DNA of 64,000 bases from Myxococcales bacterium. Lineage in GTDB: Bacteria; Myxococcota_C; UBA6777. Position 1 is the stretch's first letter, and the number at the start of each line of letters is the position of its first letter. The stretch covers positions 151,983 to 215,982 of the forward strand of contig JACKEL010000001.1 of NCBI GenBank assembly GCA_020632975.1, given 5' to 3'. The notes beneath the pieces were generated by a model. The model was not told the origin of the DNA. It searched no databases and worked only from the letters and a program-made list of their open reading frames with translations. The position numbers and the translations under genes were made by a program. Positions 54,745 to 64,000 of this stretch are shown one piece after another.

Positions 54745-57700
54745 TTAGGGCTGACACCACTCTGACGTTAGCATCGCAGTGGCCGAACGCGGCTGCCTTT
54801 GAAGCAAGTCGTTGGAAGGAGACCAACCCGTCCCCATCAGAGCCCCTGTAACAATCGCCGCATCGCTCATGGTTTCCCAAACAACAGGCTCCATCACAGC
54901 AGGCGAAGCATCTTCAAGAAGAACAAGTCTTCTCCATACGGGAACTTTTTCGTACAATTTATCACGCACCTGTTGTTCGGTCATACCTGGTTGAATCCAA
55001 GCAGGCGGAAGCTGGGGGGTTTGTGCACCAGGATAACCATAAGAAGGATCAGCATTTTCAAACTGACCATAGACCCAGTTGGCGGCCTGCCAAGGGATGA
55101 GGCTGGACCAACCAGGCATCACCAAACCAGGGACAGCCTCTTGGATGTTGTCTGCAGAAGACCAAAGGTGCAAGATCGCAGAGACCGTGTTTTGACCGAG
55201 GCCCGAGCTATGCAAGCGACCTTGCGGGTTGGTTCCCATCAGCCAATCGACGCCCAACAAAGCACCCGTACGATACGAAGAATTCTGTGTAAGACGCCAT
55301 GCTGTGATCAAAAACTTGATCGGGCGGTACTGACTGTTCCCGTAGCCACTCAAGAGAAAGTAACCATGCGTCTCGGGGTACCAGACATGACGATAGGGAT
55401 TTTGCTCTTGCCAAACCAACCGTTCATCGGCCAGCGCAAGGATGCGGGTTTGCGCACTTGAGGCCCATCCAGCGGGAAAGGACGAAGGTTGTTGGGCGAT
55501 CTCCAAATAGTCAAATGGAGTGCCTTGGTAATGCAAACGATTCAATTGATCTTGGAAGACACTTGCCATCTCCGCATCATCAAGGGCATCGCGATAAGAC
55601 TGCTGACCCGTCGCCAACCACAATTGCACCAAGGCATCGAATCTTCTGCTCGCAGAAGGTTGCGCGGCCTCTGTCCAAGTGTAGTTTTGCCCTTCGTATG
55701 AAAAGCTGATCGAGATGGGTGTGCCACCATTTGTCGCAAAGTTGTAGGCTTGTTGTGCGCTTTGTAAAAAGAGACTGGCACGTGTGGTATCACCCGCTTG
55801 GGAAAGCGCCCGACTCAACAAGGCCGCAGCTGCGGCATAATGCAAACTCGAATTGCGTGTCGCGAGCGCCAGATAATAGGGTTGGTAATCTTGGACACTG
55901 TGATGGCTGGTGGACTCGATGGCTGTAGGAACACGACCATCTACCCCTTGTGCACGACGCAGCACATCAAGACCCCAGACAGCTTCGTCGAGCATGTCAG
56001 GAACACTGTTCCCACTTTCGGGGAGTTTTAGCTGGCTATCCGAAAAGTTACCTGAAAATTGTAAGAAAAGATGTGAAAGGTCTTTTACGATACCGAGGTG
56101 AAAAGGTCTTTGATCGAAGTCAGCCGCATCAAACCACCCTCCAGAGACATTGTTTGCGATCTGGTTGGTCTTTGTGATCTCTACCATTTGGAATCGACTG
56201 AAAGAAACATATTGTCCTTGGCTATCGCGGATCCCCCATCCAGCGCTTGCATGATCAGCGTAGTCATCCTCATCAGGCGGGAAGGCCGCGACATAGACTT
56301 GTGTATGACCTGCGGGGCGCTCCCAAGGCGTATAGGTCGAAGTCATCGCCATCCCTGCACGCTGGTGAAAAAGTCCTCGCATGTAAGTGTAAAAAGACTT
56401 ACCCAGCCAATCTTTTCCTACCTCAAAAGACCACGAACGCCCCATCCCTGGGATTCTTAGATAATATCGCCCAGGTTCTGTCACAGCAGAAAAGTCCAGT
56501 TGGTAGATGCTCTCCCCATAAACAGGTTGCTGGCTTGTGGTCAGACGATCATTGCTGCGAAAAGTAATTTGACCTTGAAAAGCAACGCTTTGGTCGCTTT
56601 CTTTTACGACTTGGAAAGACTGCCCAGAAAAAGAAGCTAGATCCAACGTCGCACCCGACCCCAACCAACTGCCAAGATAAGCGTACTTTTTCCCAGCATC
56701 ATCGAGATAACCTTCTTGGTTGGTTTTGATCGCCCAGGAGATCGTATTGTTTTCGTCGTACACAAAGCTTTGCTGGTTTCCCCAGCGATCGCGCAAAGTG
56801 TAAGTCGCTCCAGGCACGAGCGGAGAAGAAAGTTTTATATACGAAAAATACACGAGATTGGCTGCTTCCATCCGCAGGGTGGGAGGATTGACAGCCGTGA
56901 GTGTCTTCCACTTCATCTCACGTGTTGCTTGAGGCCAGACACCCAAAAGAGCCGTTGTAGAAGTCGACTGATCGGGCGCAACCAACGTAAGATGTGTGGA
57001 TTCTGATAGAGCTTGTAAGAGCTGTGGGCGGTAATGAAACGTACCTTCTTTTGCAGAGTATTTGTAATAACGCTCATAGAGCCAGTCTTGCACACTTGCG
57101 CGATTTTGTTCCAAAGCTTGTAAGAAAGCACCGCAATCGGGTCCCAAGACCCTCGACTTCAACCAATCATTGGCATCTGTCACAACCGCCAAGGTGTCTT
57201 GTGTTAACACACGCACACCCAGTTGAAGCTGTGGGGAAGGCAACCCACCCACAAACTGACAGCGTTGTCCAGGTGCCCAACTTGGCACGACTTCTAGATT
57301 GCATCGCTGCCCAGAACCTTGGTGTTGATGAAGGCTTCCCACTTCTTGCGCAGACAAAGCACGAGACCAGACACGCACCTCATCGACGCGCATCTTGCTC
57401 GCGCTGCTGTAAGAAAACTCACCAATACGAAAAGGCTGACCAAAGACCGTTTGGTTGACGATGGAAGGACCACCCGTCGCAGAACGCAAGATCCGCTCGT
57501 AAGCGATCTCTTCACCATCCACGTAAAACTTCCATTCACCACCTGATTGGAAGTTTGCGGGTAAAACAACAGCAACATGATGCCAGCATTTATCTCCTAC
57601 TCTTTTATATAAAAGTGCTGTTTGTTGGTTACCAATGCTGAACATTAGATATCCCCAAGAGGCAAAGACCCCCATGTGCGGGACACCCCAACGCGACTCT

Positions 57701-58173
57701 CCAAAAGAAAAGAGATTCCCGCCCGTGCTGTTGTCAGGCATCCATACCCAACCTTCAAGCGTGATCCCTGTATGATTTTGGATCGTCGTAAAAGAAGCGG
57801 CTTGTGCCCCATTTTGCGAGCCTTCGCCTGTGGGACCATAAGCGTAATTTTCGCCCGCCCGCGTAAAAAGATCAGCCTGAAAACCACCCGCTCGCTGCGG
57901 AACCATCGTGTGTTGACCAGTGGCATCATCCCATGTTTGGTCAAGCGTCCAGTAAGCCTCCAAACCCTGCGCAGAGATCGGCAAACCATAATCATCCGCC
58001 GCACTCAAAGCTTGCTTGCTTTTGCCGAGGCTGGTTGGGTTGGGTGAATCTGTGGTACTGGGCGCACACCCCATTAGATACAAACACGCTAAAAAGAGTG
58101 CTCCCCACCAAATCACCTGCTGTTCCCAGTCTTTTGTCATCCGAATAACGTGTGCTCTGTGTACCCTTCTCAT
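54745..58173 (-). CDS. 1142-aa lipoprotein: N-terminal LamG/ConA-like lectin domain, Ig-like region, C-terminal GH9-like (alpha/alpha)6 glycoside hydrolase domain
   Basis: ATG 58173 with AAGGA at 7-nt spacing. Signal ...WWGALFLACLYLMGC. LamG-like strands (LFSFGE...WHHVAVV...FYVDGEE...VDEVRVWSRALS). GH9-like SGGWFDAADFDQRP (compare GGWYDAGDH) and MGTNPQGRLHSSG (compare GxNPPxRPHHR). Confidence 0.5.
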   Translation of the reverse strand: MRRVHRAHVIRMTKDWEQQVIWWGALFLACLYLMGCAPSTTDSPNPTSLGKSKQALSAADDYGLPISAQGLEAYWTLDQTWDDATGQHTMVPQRAGGFQADLFTRAGENYAYGPTGEGSQNGAQAASFTTIQNHTGITLEGWVWMPDNSTGGNLFSFGESRWGVPHMGVFASWGYLMFSIGNQQTALLYKRVGDKCWHHVAVVLPANFQSGGEWKFYVDGEEIAYERILRSATGGPSIVNQTVFGQPFRIGEFSYSSASKMRVDEVRVWSRALSAQEVGSLHQHQGSGQRCNLEVVPSWAPGQRCQFVGGLPSPQLQLGVRVLTQDTLAVVTDANDWLKSRVLGPDCGAFLQALEQNRASVQDWLYERYYKYSAKEGTFHYRPQLLQALSESTHLTLVAPDQSTSTTALLGVWPQATREMKWKTLTAVNPPTLRMEAANLVYFSYIKLSSPLVPGATYTLRDRWGNQQSFVYDENNTISWAIKTNQEGYLDDAGKKYAYLGSWLGSGATLDLASFSGQSFQVVKESDQSVAFQGQITFRSNDRLTTSQQPVYGESIYQLDFSAVTEPGRYYLRIPGMGRSWSFEVGKDWLGKSFYTYMRGLFHQRAGMAMTSTYTPWERPAGHTQVYVAAFPPDEDDYADHASAGWGIRDSQGQYVSFSRFQMVEITKTNQIANNVSGGWFDAADFDQRPFHLGIVKDLSHLFLQFSGNFSDSQLKLPESGNSVPDMLDEAVWGLDVLRRAQGVDGRVPTAIESTSHHSVQDYQPYYLALATRNSSLHYAAAAALLSRALSQAGDTTRASLFLQSAQQAYNFATNGGTPISISFSYEGQNYTWTEAAQPSASRRFDALVQLWLATGQQSYRDALDDAEMASVFQDQLNRLHYQGTPFDYLEIAQQPSSFPAGWASSAQTRILALADERLVWQEQNPYRHVWYPETHGYFLLSGYGNSQYRPIKFLITAWRLTQNSSYRTGALLGVDWLMGTNPQGRLHSSGLGQNTVSAILHLWSSADNIQEAVPGLVMPGWSSLIPWQAANWVYGQFENADPSYGYPGAQTPQLPPAWIQPGMTEQQVRDKLYEKVPVWRRLVLLEDASPAVMEPVVWETMSDAAIVTGALMGTGWSPSNDLLQRQPRSATAMLTSEWCQP

Positions 58174-58248
58174 CGTAACATCCTTGTTTTGCAGTAAAAA
58201 GGCCACCAGTCCGTGGTAGCCTTCAAGTGAAAGAATCTCTCTTTTTTC

Positions 58249-59043
58249 TTAGAGGATTGCGCCTTCTTTTCTTAGATAATTCTCGAAGTTCTTATCCACT
58301 TTTGCCCCCCGAAAGTCAGCCCCTTTGACTTGTGTTTGTGTGGTCCACTTTGCACCGCGCAAGTCAGCATCCGCAAAGTTTGCACCCGACAAGTTGGCAT
58401 GGCGCAAATCCGCACCTTGAAGATTCGAACGGACCACCATCGCCCCAGAAAGATCCGCCCCATACAAAGTAGCGCCTGCCAAGCGTGCATCGTGCATCAC
58501 CACATCGCGAAGGTCCAACTTGGTCAAGTCTGTTCCTCGCAAGTCCACATAGCGAAGTTGCGCGTATCGCAACTGCGCACCCGACAAGTTGGCACCGCGC
58601 AAAACACAGCGATTCAACACCGCGTGACGAAGATCCACCGAACGAAGATCCGCATCTTGCAAGCTCGCTCGCGAAAGATTCGCTTTTCTCAACTGCGCAG
58701 CCCAACGCGCATCAAAGGCCCCCAACACTGCCCCTCGCAAGTTTGCGCTTCGCAAGTCTGCTTCTTCAAGTACCGCAGCACGAAGATCCGCATTATAAAG
58801 ATCTGCATCGCGAAGTTTGGCACGTACCAACGAAGCCCGAATCATCCGCGCATGACGAAGTTTGGATGCATGCAACTTCGCACCTTCAAGGCTTTTATCA
58901 GAGAGATCTGCTTGTGAAAGATCACAACGAACACAGTGCTTTTCGTTCTCTGCTTTTGCTTTATGTGTTGCATCAAAAGCCGAAGCGTTCGAGGAAACCA
59001 GAACCAAACAAGCAACCAAAGCGCGACGAACAAACGTTTTCAT
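58249..59043 (-). CDS. secreted pentapeptide-repeat protein
   Basis: Signal MKTFVRRALVACLVLVSSNASA. More than 35 A(D/N)LxX pentapeptides (ADLRSANLRGAVL, ANLSGAQLRYAQLRYVDLRGTDL...). GAGGGAG RBS. Confidence 0.8.
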   Translation of the reverse strand: MKTFVRRALVACLVLVSSNASAFDATHKAKAENEKHCVRCDLSQADLSDKSLEGAKLHASKLRHARMIRASLVRAKLRDADLYNADLRAAVLEEADLRSANLRGAVLGAFDARWAAQLRKANLSRASLQDADLRSVDLRHAVLNRCVLRGANLSGAQLRYAQLRYVDLRGTDLTKLDLRDVVMHDARLAGATLYGADLSGAMVVRSNLQGADLRHANLSGANFADADLRGAKWTTQTQVKGADFRGAKVDKNFENYLRKEGAIL

Positions 59044-59391
59044 AAGGAGACTCCCTCTGTCACCGACAGGAATATTTTTATATTTTTTGCGATTTGATAT
59101 GGAGAAAAAACGCCGCAGATAGATATCCTATTTTTCCCTTTTTAGGATGATGTTTTGTTGTCCAAGAAAGTGTTGTTTGGTCACATCATCACAAGGTTTT
59201 TTGGAGCGTTTTTGCCAGTCGTGAGTTTTTGAAGAAAACTTTGAAGAGAAGCTTTTCTCACCAACACAAAAAACAAACGACCCCAAAAAGAATGCCTTTA
59301 GCTTTTTCTCAAAAAGAGACGAAAAATCTTCAGGATACAAGAGCCTTTCAACGATTGCAGTCTCAAAAAGAGACACAAATCGTGTTGTGAT

Positions 59392-60357
59392 TTATGGGAA
59401 CCGTAGCGTAAGCACCCACTTTTCCCAGTCCGCTTGGAAAGCTTTCATATCTTTGGTTTGTAGGAGCTGTTGAAGGGTCTTGTAGCCTGTGGGATCTTGG
59501 GCTTGTTGTTGGAAAAAGGATTGATAATAGCGCACAAGCAAGCCTTTTTCTTGAAGGAAGTAACACAAATACCGAGCTTGCGCGTAATTTGTACCAGGAT
59601 CTTTATCGTAGAAGTCGTTGTTCTTCGTGCCCATCATCTTCGCAAAGGGCGGAAGTGTCTTCTTTTGGATGGCTTCTTGAAGCCCAGCAAGTCGCCAGTT
59701 GGTCAGCCCAACGATCTGACCACCGCGCTCGGCAGACTGCTCGTACAAAGAGCCCAACCCTTCGTTGAACCAATCGGGTACATGAGGAAAGTTCGACTCC
59801 ATAAAAGGGTGAACGATCTCATGTACGAGGGTGCCACCACCTGTTGCGATATTCATGACCAAGGCCCGTTTATCCGAAGAATAATAACCATAGGGCGTAT
59901 CAGGACGATGACCAAAGAGCGCGTAAGTGTGTTTTTGGTAGCTCGCGCGATCTTTGAACAGCCAAACCTCCAAAACCTGGTTTGGATCTTTTTGAAAATA
60001 CAATTTTTTCAGATGCTGAACAGCCCAACGTACCGTGCCTTTCGCATAAGCCCGTACGCGTTCAGGTGTATCGTCTCCCAACACCACAAAAGGCGGCTCG
60101 ATCACATAAGTGAAGCCTTGGGGCCAAGAGGCTTTCTTGGCTTCGATATGTTGTTGGATGCTCGTCGTACTCAACGTATGTCCTCCCCTCATCACTCCCT
60201 CCCGACGGCGCTTTGGTGTCACGGCATCTCGCTTTGGCGGTGCCCTCTTCAAAGCTTGTGTATCCCGCGAAGGATGCCGAACCGCCGAGTCTTGGCATCC
60301 TACCAACAAGAGACCCGCCAACAAACCAAATCCGATCTTTTGTGCGTGCTTCTCCAT
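59392..60357 (-). CDS. lipoprotein with HExxH zincin-like motif (putative metallopeptidase)
   Basis: GGAGG lies 9 nt upstream of ATG 60357. Signal MEKHAQKIGFGLLAGLLLVGC. HEIVHPF motif, then a downstream NEGLGS, which is a possible third-ligand Glu. Confidence 0.5.
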   Translation of the reverse strand: MEKHAQKIGFGLLAGLLLVGCQDSAVRHPSRDTQALKRAPPKRDAVTPKRRREGVMRGGHTLSTTSIQQHIEAKKASWPQGFTYVIEPPFVVLGDDTPERVRAYAKGTVRWAVQHLKKLYFQKDPNQVLEVWLFKDRASYQKHTYALFGHRPDTPYGYYSSDKRALVMNIATGGGTLVHEIVHPFMESNFPHVPDWFNEGLGSLYEQSAERGGQIVGLTNWRLAGLQEAIQKKTLPPFAKMMGTKNNDFYDKDPGTNYAQARYLCYFLQEKGLLVRYYQSFFQQQAQDPTGYKTLQQLLQTKDMKAFQADWEKWVLTLRFP

Positions 60358-60507
60358 CGATAGAAACCTCCTATACATGGACTGTTGCGTCACTTTGGAG
60401 AAAGCAACACAAGTCCAGCCAAACGAAAGCCTATCTAACCAGACGAGAAAGACACACTGAGGTCTCAGCCTAGAAGAAACAACACCCTCAGAGCCAAGGA
60501 GAGAGGA

Positions 60508-61980
60508 TTACTTTTTGCCACCAAAGAGAGAAAACATACTCCCTGCAAGACCACGTGCGCGCAGTGTCAACGACGGCCCACCTTGTTCAAGTTCAGACAA
60601 GATCTGCTCCAAACGCTCTGCGATCGCCTCGACCTCTTGGGGTCGTTTGTCAGGGTCCAGCGACATACACTCAAGCGTCAGATTCGCCAAAGAGCTTGGC
60701 GTATCGGGCCGCAAGGTTCGTGGATCAGGGGGAGGAGACTTGAGCCGTGAGATCAACAGGTCCATCAAGTTTTCTTCGTTGGCAGCGGGCTGTCCTGTAA
60801 GCATCTCATAAAGGATGGCCCCCAAAGCAAAGATATCCGCGCGATGATCGACCTTTCCGTTCAAGGTGATCTGTTCAGGAGCCATGTAAGCAGGAGTCCC
60901 CAAAACACTCCCATCCATCGTCTTGAAGGCTTCTTTGTCAGCTTCCCTTCTTGCGATTCCAAAGTCCGAGATCACGACGCGGCCATTTTGATCCATCAAC
61001 AGGTTTTCAGGCTTGAGATCGCGGTGCACCACGCCCACTTCGTGGGCCACTTGCAGTCCCAAACAGACCGCACGAAGCATCCGACAAACCTGCTCAAAAG
61101 GCAAAGGTCCTTTTTCGATCAGCGCATCCAAAGAGCGCCCTTCGATAAACTCCATCGTGAGAAAATAACGCTTGCCGATCCGCCCCATATCGAAGATGCG
61201 CGCGATATTTTTGTGCGTCACTTGACGAGAAAGCCGCACTTCCCGACGAAACCGCTCAAGGTTATCCTTTTTCTGGCTGTGTTTTTCAGAGAGCAACTTC
61301 AGTGCGATCACATCGCCCACTTCGAGATCGCGGACACGAAAAACTTCTCCTGAAGCACCTTCACCCACCTTCTCTAAAACCGCGTATCGATCGGCAAGAA
61401 CGCGATGTCCTTGTTGTGCTTTTTGCACTCTTTCTGCACGCCACATCGAAGGAGAAGGCACAGCCCCCAAGTCACCCGAAGACTCGTCTCGCGTCTTGAA
61501 AAGCGACTGCGCGTCCAAGTCACCCGAAGACTCCATGCGCAAAAGCTCTTTGACCTGTTCATCCATGGTGTAAGCAGAAGTGTTGATCCCCCATGGATCG
61601 GCCACATCTTCCACAACCTTCGAGGAGATCGATGGACTCGGCTCACCCTTTTCTTGCGCCTTTGCGAGAAAGCTCGACATCTCAATCGTCGCGCCCTCTT
61701 CTGGATCTTCGGAAAAGTCAGGAAGGACGGCATCTTGCACTGATGGAGGAGCTTGTTGGGTTTGGGTGTCTTGTTGTTCTTGGGGGGTCTCGGGCTGCGC
61801 AAAAGGACTGACGACAGCATGATCTTCGGACAAAGTACCATCCAAAGAAAGCACGGTCTCGTCTCCAGAAAGCACTGGAAGGATCGGTTGGTTGCTTTCG
61901 TTAAACGTCTGCAACAGATGTTCCCCTGATGTGTAAAGAGACCGCGTACCGCTCTCTTTTTTTTGTTTTGCGTCTGTCAT
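60508..61980 (-). CDS. Ser/Thr protein kinase with acidic disordered N-terminal region
   Basis: AAGGAG lies 9 nt upstream of ATG 61980. C-terminal kinase motifs VGEGASGEVFRV...ALK, HRDLKPENLLMD, DFGIAR and GTPAYMAPE. The N-terminal about 190 aa are Glu/Asp/Ser/Pro-rich. Confidence 0.85.
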   Translation of the reverse strand: MTDAKQKKESGTRSLYTSGEHLLQTFNESNQPILPVLSGDETVLSLDGTLSEDHAVVSPFAQPETPQEQQDTQTQQAPPSVQDAVLPDFSEDPEEGATIEMSSFLAKAQEKGEPSPSISSKVVEDVADPWGINTSAYTMDEQVKELLRMESSGDLDAQSLFKTRDESSGDLGAVPSPSMWRAERVQKAQQGHRVLADRYAVLEKVGEGASGEVFRVRDLEVGDVIALKLLSEKHSQKKDNLERFRREVRLSRQVTHKNIARIFDMGRIGKRYFLTMEFIEGRSLDALIEKGPLPFEQVCRMLRAVCLGLQVAHEVGVVHRDLKPENLLMDQNGRVVISDFGIARREADKEAFKTMDGSVLGTPAYMAPEQITLNGKVDHRADIFALGAILYEMLTGQPAANEENLMDLLISRLKSPPPDPRTLRPDTPSSLANLTLECMSLDPDKRPQEVEAIAERLEQILSELEQGGPSLTLRARGLAGSMFSLFGGKK

Positions 61981-62520
61981 CGATGGGGGCTCCTTGCGTG
62001 AAACGTCGTTAAAGCAGAAGCGTCTTTTATACACAAAATGAAACCGCTCCACTACCCCCTACAACCCCCTAACTTTCCTGTGTATGCGTTGAAACCAAGG
62101 GACGCTTGACGCACTGCTACCCAACAAACAACCTCATCCGTCCACCCTGCCCGCTTTTCTCTGGGCGACTGCACCGTTTTTCCCTCGAATGGTCTCTCCA
62201 CCCAAGAGACAGCGACGCACGCCCAAAAAGTGCATGGCTTTCTCCTTTAAAGCCCGTGACCAAGGAGGTTTTACGAAGATGGATCAATGGGGCATCTTTA
62301 TTTTTATTGGGATCTATTTGGCTTTGCAGCTATGGATCCTCCCCAAGATGGGGGTCTCGACCTGAATGCGCGGTGCATGTTCTCCGTCGGAGAACAAAAA
62401 AACGCCCCCCAAAAAAGGCGAAGATCCCCCATCATCGAAGAAAACCGACACACCCTAAACACAAAGAGCCTCCTCGCACCTTTGTTGAGAGGAGGCTCTT
62501 TTTCCATAGAGGAAGCACCC

Positions 62521-62754
62521 ATGTCAAAAGCCTTTTTCCCCTTTGCATTGGGAGTTTTTTCTCTCTTGCATCCACATCTTTGGCAAAAACTTCAGATGCT
62601 GCGAGATTATCTCACGCACAGCCATTACCAGTTTTGGACCACCTTTCAACCCATGGACGTCTTTGATCTCTTGATGCACGCGGCCTTCCCCATCGTCTTC
62701 TTTACGTGGGGCGTCCTCCAACTCCGTTCTCCAGAGCCTTCCACTCACGCGTAA
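62521..62754 (+). CDS. possible small membrane protein (77 aa)
   Basis: GAGGAAG lies 6 nt upstream of ATG 62521. Two hydrophobic helices (FFPFALGVFSLL; AAFPIVFFTWGVL). Weak call. Confidence 0.25.
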   Translation: MSKAFFPFALGVFSLLHPHLWQKLQMLRDYLTHSHYQFWTTFQPMDVFDLLMHAAFPIVFFTWGVLQLRSPEPSTHA

Positions 62755-62845
62755 CCTTCCCCAACACAGCCCAATGCCATAGAATCGACCTCTTTGCTCT
62801 AAACTTCTTGTTCATCAAGACTTTTTCTAAAAGGAAAGACTTCTC

Positions 62846-64000
62846 ATGGCCCAAAGCCCTTCTCTCCCTTTGCTCTCCGAAGAACAACGAGGCGAGCGGA
62901 TCAACATCCGAGGCATTGTGCAAGGCGTGGGTTTTCGCCCAACCGTCGCTCGTCTAGCATCCATCCAAGGTCTGCGAGGTTGGGTAAAAAATGGGCCTTC
63001 TGGGGTCACGATCCTTTTGGCAGCCAACAAAGAAGCTTGTGATCGCTTTCTATCCTCCTTGCAAGACGCCTTGCCTCCCCTCGCCCGCATCGCATCACTC
63101 GAACGTATCGAGGTAACCACCACAGAAGAAGAACGCCAACACTTCACGATCCACAAAAGCCAACCAGGTCCCCTCCAAACCATGGTCCCCCCCGATGCTG
63201 CGGTATGTTCCGCGTGTATAGCAGAGATCCATGACCCACAGGCCCGACGCTATCGCTATGCTTTCACCTGTTGTACGCACTGTGGCCCGCGTTATTCAAT
63301 CATCCAAAAGATGCCTTACGACCGCCCTTACACGACAATGCAAGCTTTTTCGATGTGCCAAGCTTGTAAAGAAGAGTACGAAGACCCGCAAGATCGGCGG
63401 TATCATGCACAACCCATCGCTTGTCCCGCGTGTGGTCCGCAACTTTCGCTCGAATCCATGCCGCTTTGCCTCGAAAGTGAAGAGCTTTCTCACCTTGTCT
63501 TCTCCTCAAAAGAAACCATCCCAAAAGCCCAAGACCTCCTTGCTGCGGGTGCTATCCTCGCCATCAAGGGACTTGGCGGATATCAACTTTGCTGTGATGC
63601 AACGCAGCCAGAAACAGTCGCGAAACTGCGAAAGCGAAAACAACGCTCGTTCAAGCCTTTCGCGATCATGGTCCATTCCGTCGAGACGATCGAGTCGTAT
63701 GCCCATCTCAACACGACAGCCCAACAACAACTCACAAGCCCAGCTGCTCCCATCGTGCTCTTAGAGAAAAAGTCTCATGCGGACTCCTCAGAGTATGTCA
63801 TCCCGCTCGCCTTGGACGTGGCTCCTTGGCAAAACAAGCTTGGGGTGATGCTTCCCACGACACCACTTCATCATCTTTTGTTGCGTGATTATCCCCGTCC
63901 CATCGTCTGTACGAGCGGAAACCTCACAGGAGAGCCACAGTGCACCAAAGCAGAAGAAGCACGTAACCGGCTTGGGCGCATCGCGGACATCTTGCTCACA
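62846..64000 (+). CDS. hypF: [NiFe]-hydrogenase maturation carbamoyltransferase HypF (5' part; continues past window end)
   Basis: AAGGAAAG RBS before ATG 62846. Acylphosphatase domain (INIRGIVQGVGFRPTV...GWVKNGPSGV). Two Zn-finger pairs (CSACIAEI...CTHCGPRYS; CQACKEEY...CPACGPQLS). YrdC-like region begins LAIKGLGGYQLCCDA. Confidence 0.85.
   Translation, partial: MAQSPSLPLLSEEQRGERINIRGIVQGVGFRPTVARLASIQGLRGWVKNGPSGVTILLAANKEACDRFLSSLQDALPPLARIASLERIEVTTTEEERQHFTIHKSQPGPLQTMVPPDAAVCSACIAEIHDPQARRYRYAFTCCTHCGPRYSIIQKMPYDRPYTTMQAFSMCQACKEEYEDPQDRRYHAQPIACPACGPQLSLESMPLCLESEELSHLVFSSKETIPKAQDLLAAGAILAIKGLGGYQLCCDATQPETVAKLRKRKQRSFKPFAIMVHSVETIESYAHLNTTAQQQLTSPAAPIVLLEKKSHADSSEYVIPLALDVAPWQNKLGVMLPTTPLHHLLLRDYPRPIVCTSGNLTGEPQCTKAEEARNRLGRIADILLT

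Noticed and set aside
62106-62754. Track ORFs 62106-62666 and 62287-62754 as genes
   Set aside because: They overlap each other in different frames with low-complexity products. Only the distal 77-codon segment with an RBS (62521-62754) is retained, and that only as a weak call.

Overview
The window is a 64-kb chromosomal segment of roughly 52-55% GC, dense with protein-coding genes on both strands. I recognised no rRNA, tRNA, CRISPR array, transposase or integrase. Several features point to a Myxococcota-like (social or predatory deltaproteobacterial) lineage: MYXO-CTERM-type sorting tails, Cys-rich secreted modules, three eukaryotic-like Ser/Thr kinases, a PilZ and GGDEF/EAL c-di-GMP module, and many lipoproteins. 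This placement is inference only.

Genes I can support, in order along the window:
- a MORN-repeat lipoprotein, truncated at the left edge
- a CDP-alcohol phosphatidyltransferase plus a membrane PH-domain protein
- an M1 aminopeptidase fused to HEAT repeats
- a NudC-like NUDIX hydrolase
- a 20-cysteine secreted mini-protein with a 9-residue period
- a membrane esterase, divergent from a GH114 lipoprotein
- an aldo/keto reductase with a divergent LysR regulator
- a membrane-anchored protein of unknown function (11123-12388)
- a haloalkane-dehalogenase-like hydrolase
- a two-gene RND efflux pump whose adaptor carries a poly-Lys tandem-repeat insertion
- a PAS-GGDEF-EAL protein directly upstream of an S1 serine protease with Cys-rich modules and a MYXO-CTERM tail
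- a PilZ protein plus a small coupled ORF
- a tandem rhodanese
- a 2150-aa S1-protease / Cys-rich / WD40 mega-protein with an internal MYXO-CTERM-like segment and a second signal peptide
- an alpha/beta hydrolase
- a hypothetical protein, possibly Roadblock/LC7-like (34040-34810)
- a TonB-dependent receptor with two lipoproteins, one carrying an EF-hand
- a complete N-type (Na+-type) ATP synthase operon, atpDCQRBEFAG, with no delta subunit
- an MBL-fold hydrolase, then a YgjV-like membrane protein with a GNAT-like C-terminus
- a Sir2-family protein immediately downstream of a membrane Ser/Thr kinase with TPR repeats
- a small orphan ORF, then a polyisoprenyl-phosphate sugar transferase with an odd repeat N-terminus
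- a LamG plus GH9-like 1142-aa lipoprotein
- a secreted pentapeptide-repeat protein
- an HExxH lipoprotein
- a second Ser/Thr kinase
- a 5' fragment of hypF

Non-coding structure: a REP-like palindromic repeat family (hairpin GGCGGGC-CTCCGT-GCCCGCC) occurs at two 5' intergenic loci, 23.3 kb and 38.9 kb. A degenerate ~26-bp tandem array sits at 8.8-9.1 kb. Several in-frame coding tandem repeats are present.

Translations come from the supplied ORF track or my own hand reverse-complementation. Domain calls rest on visible motifs, not database searches.
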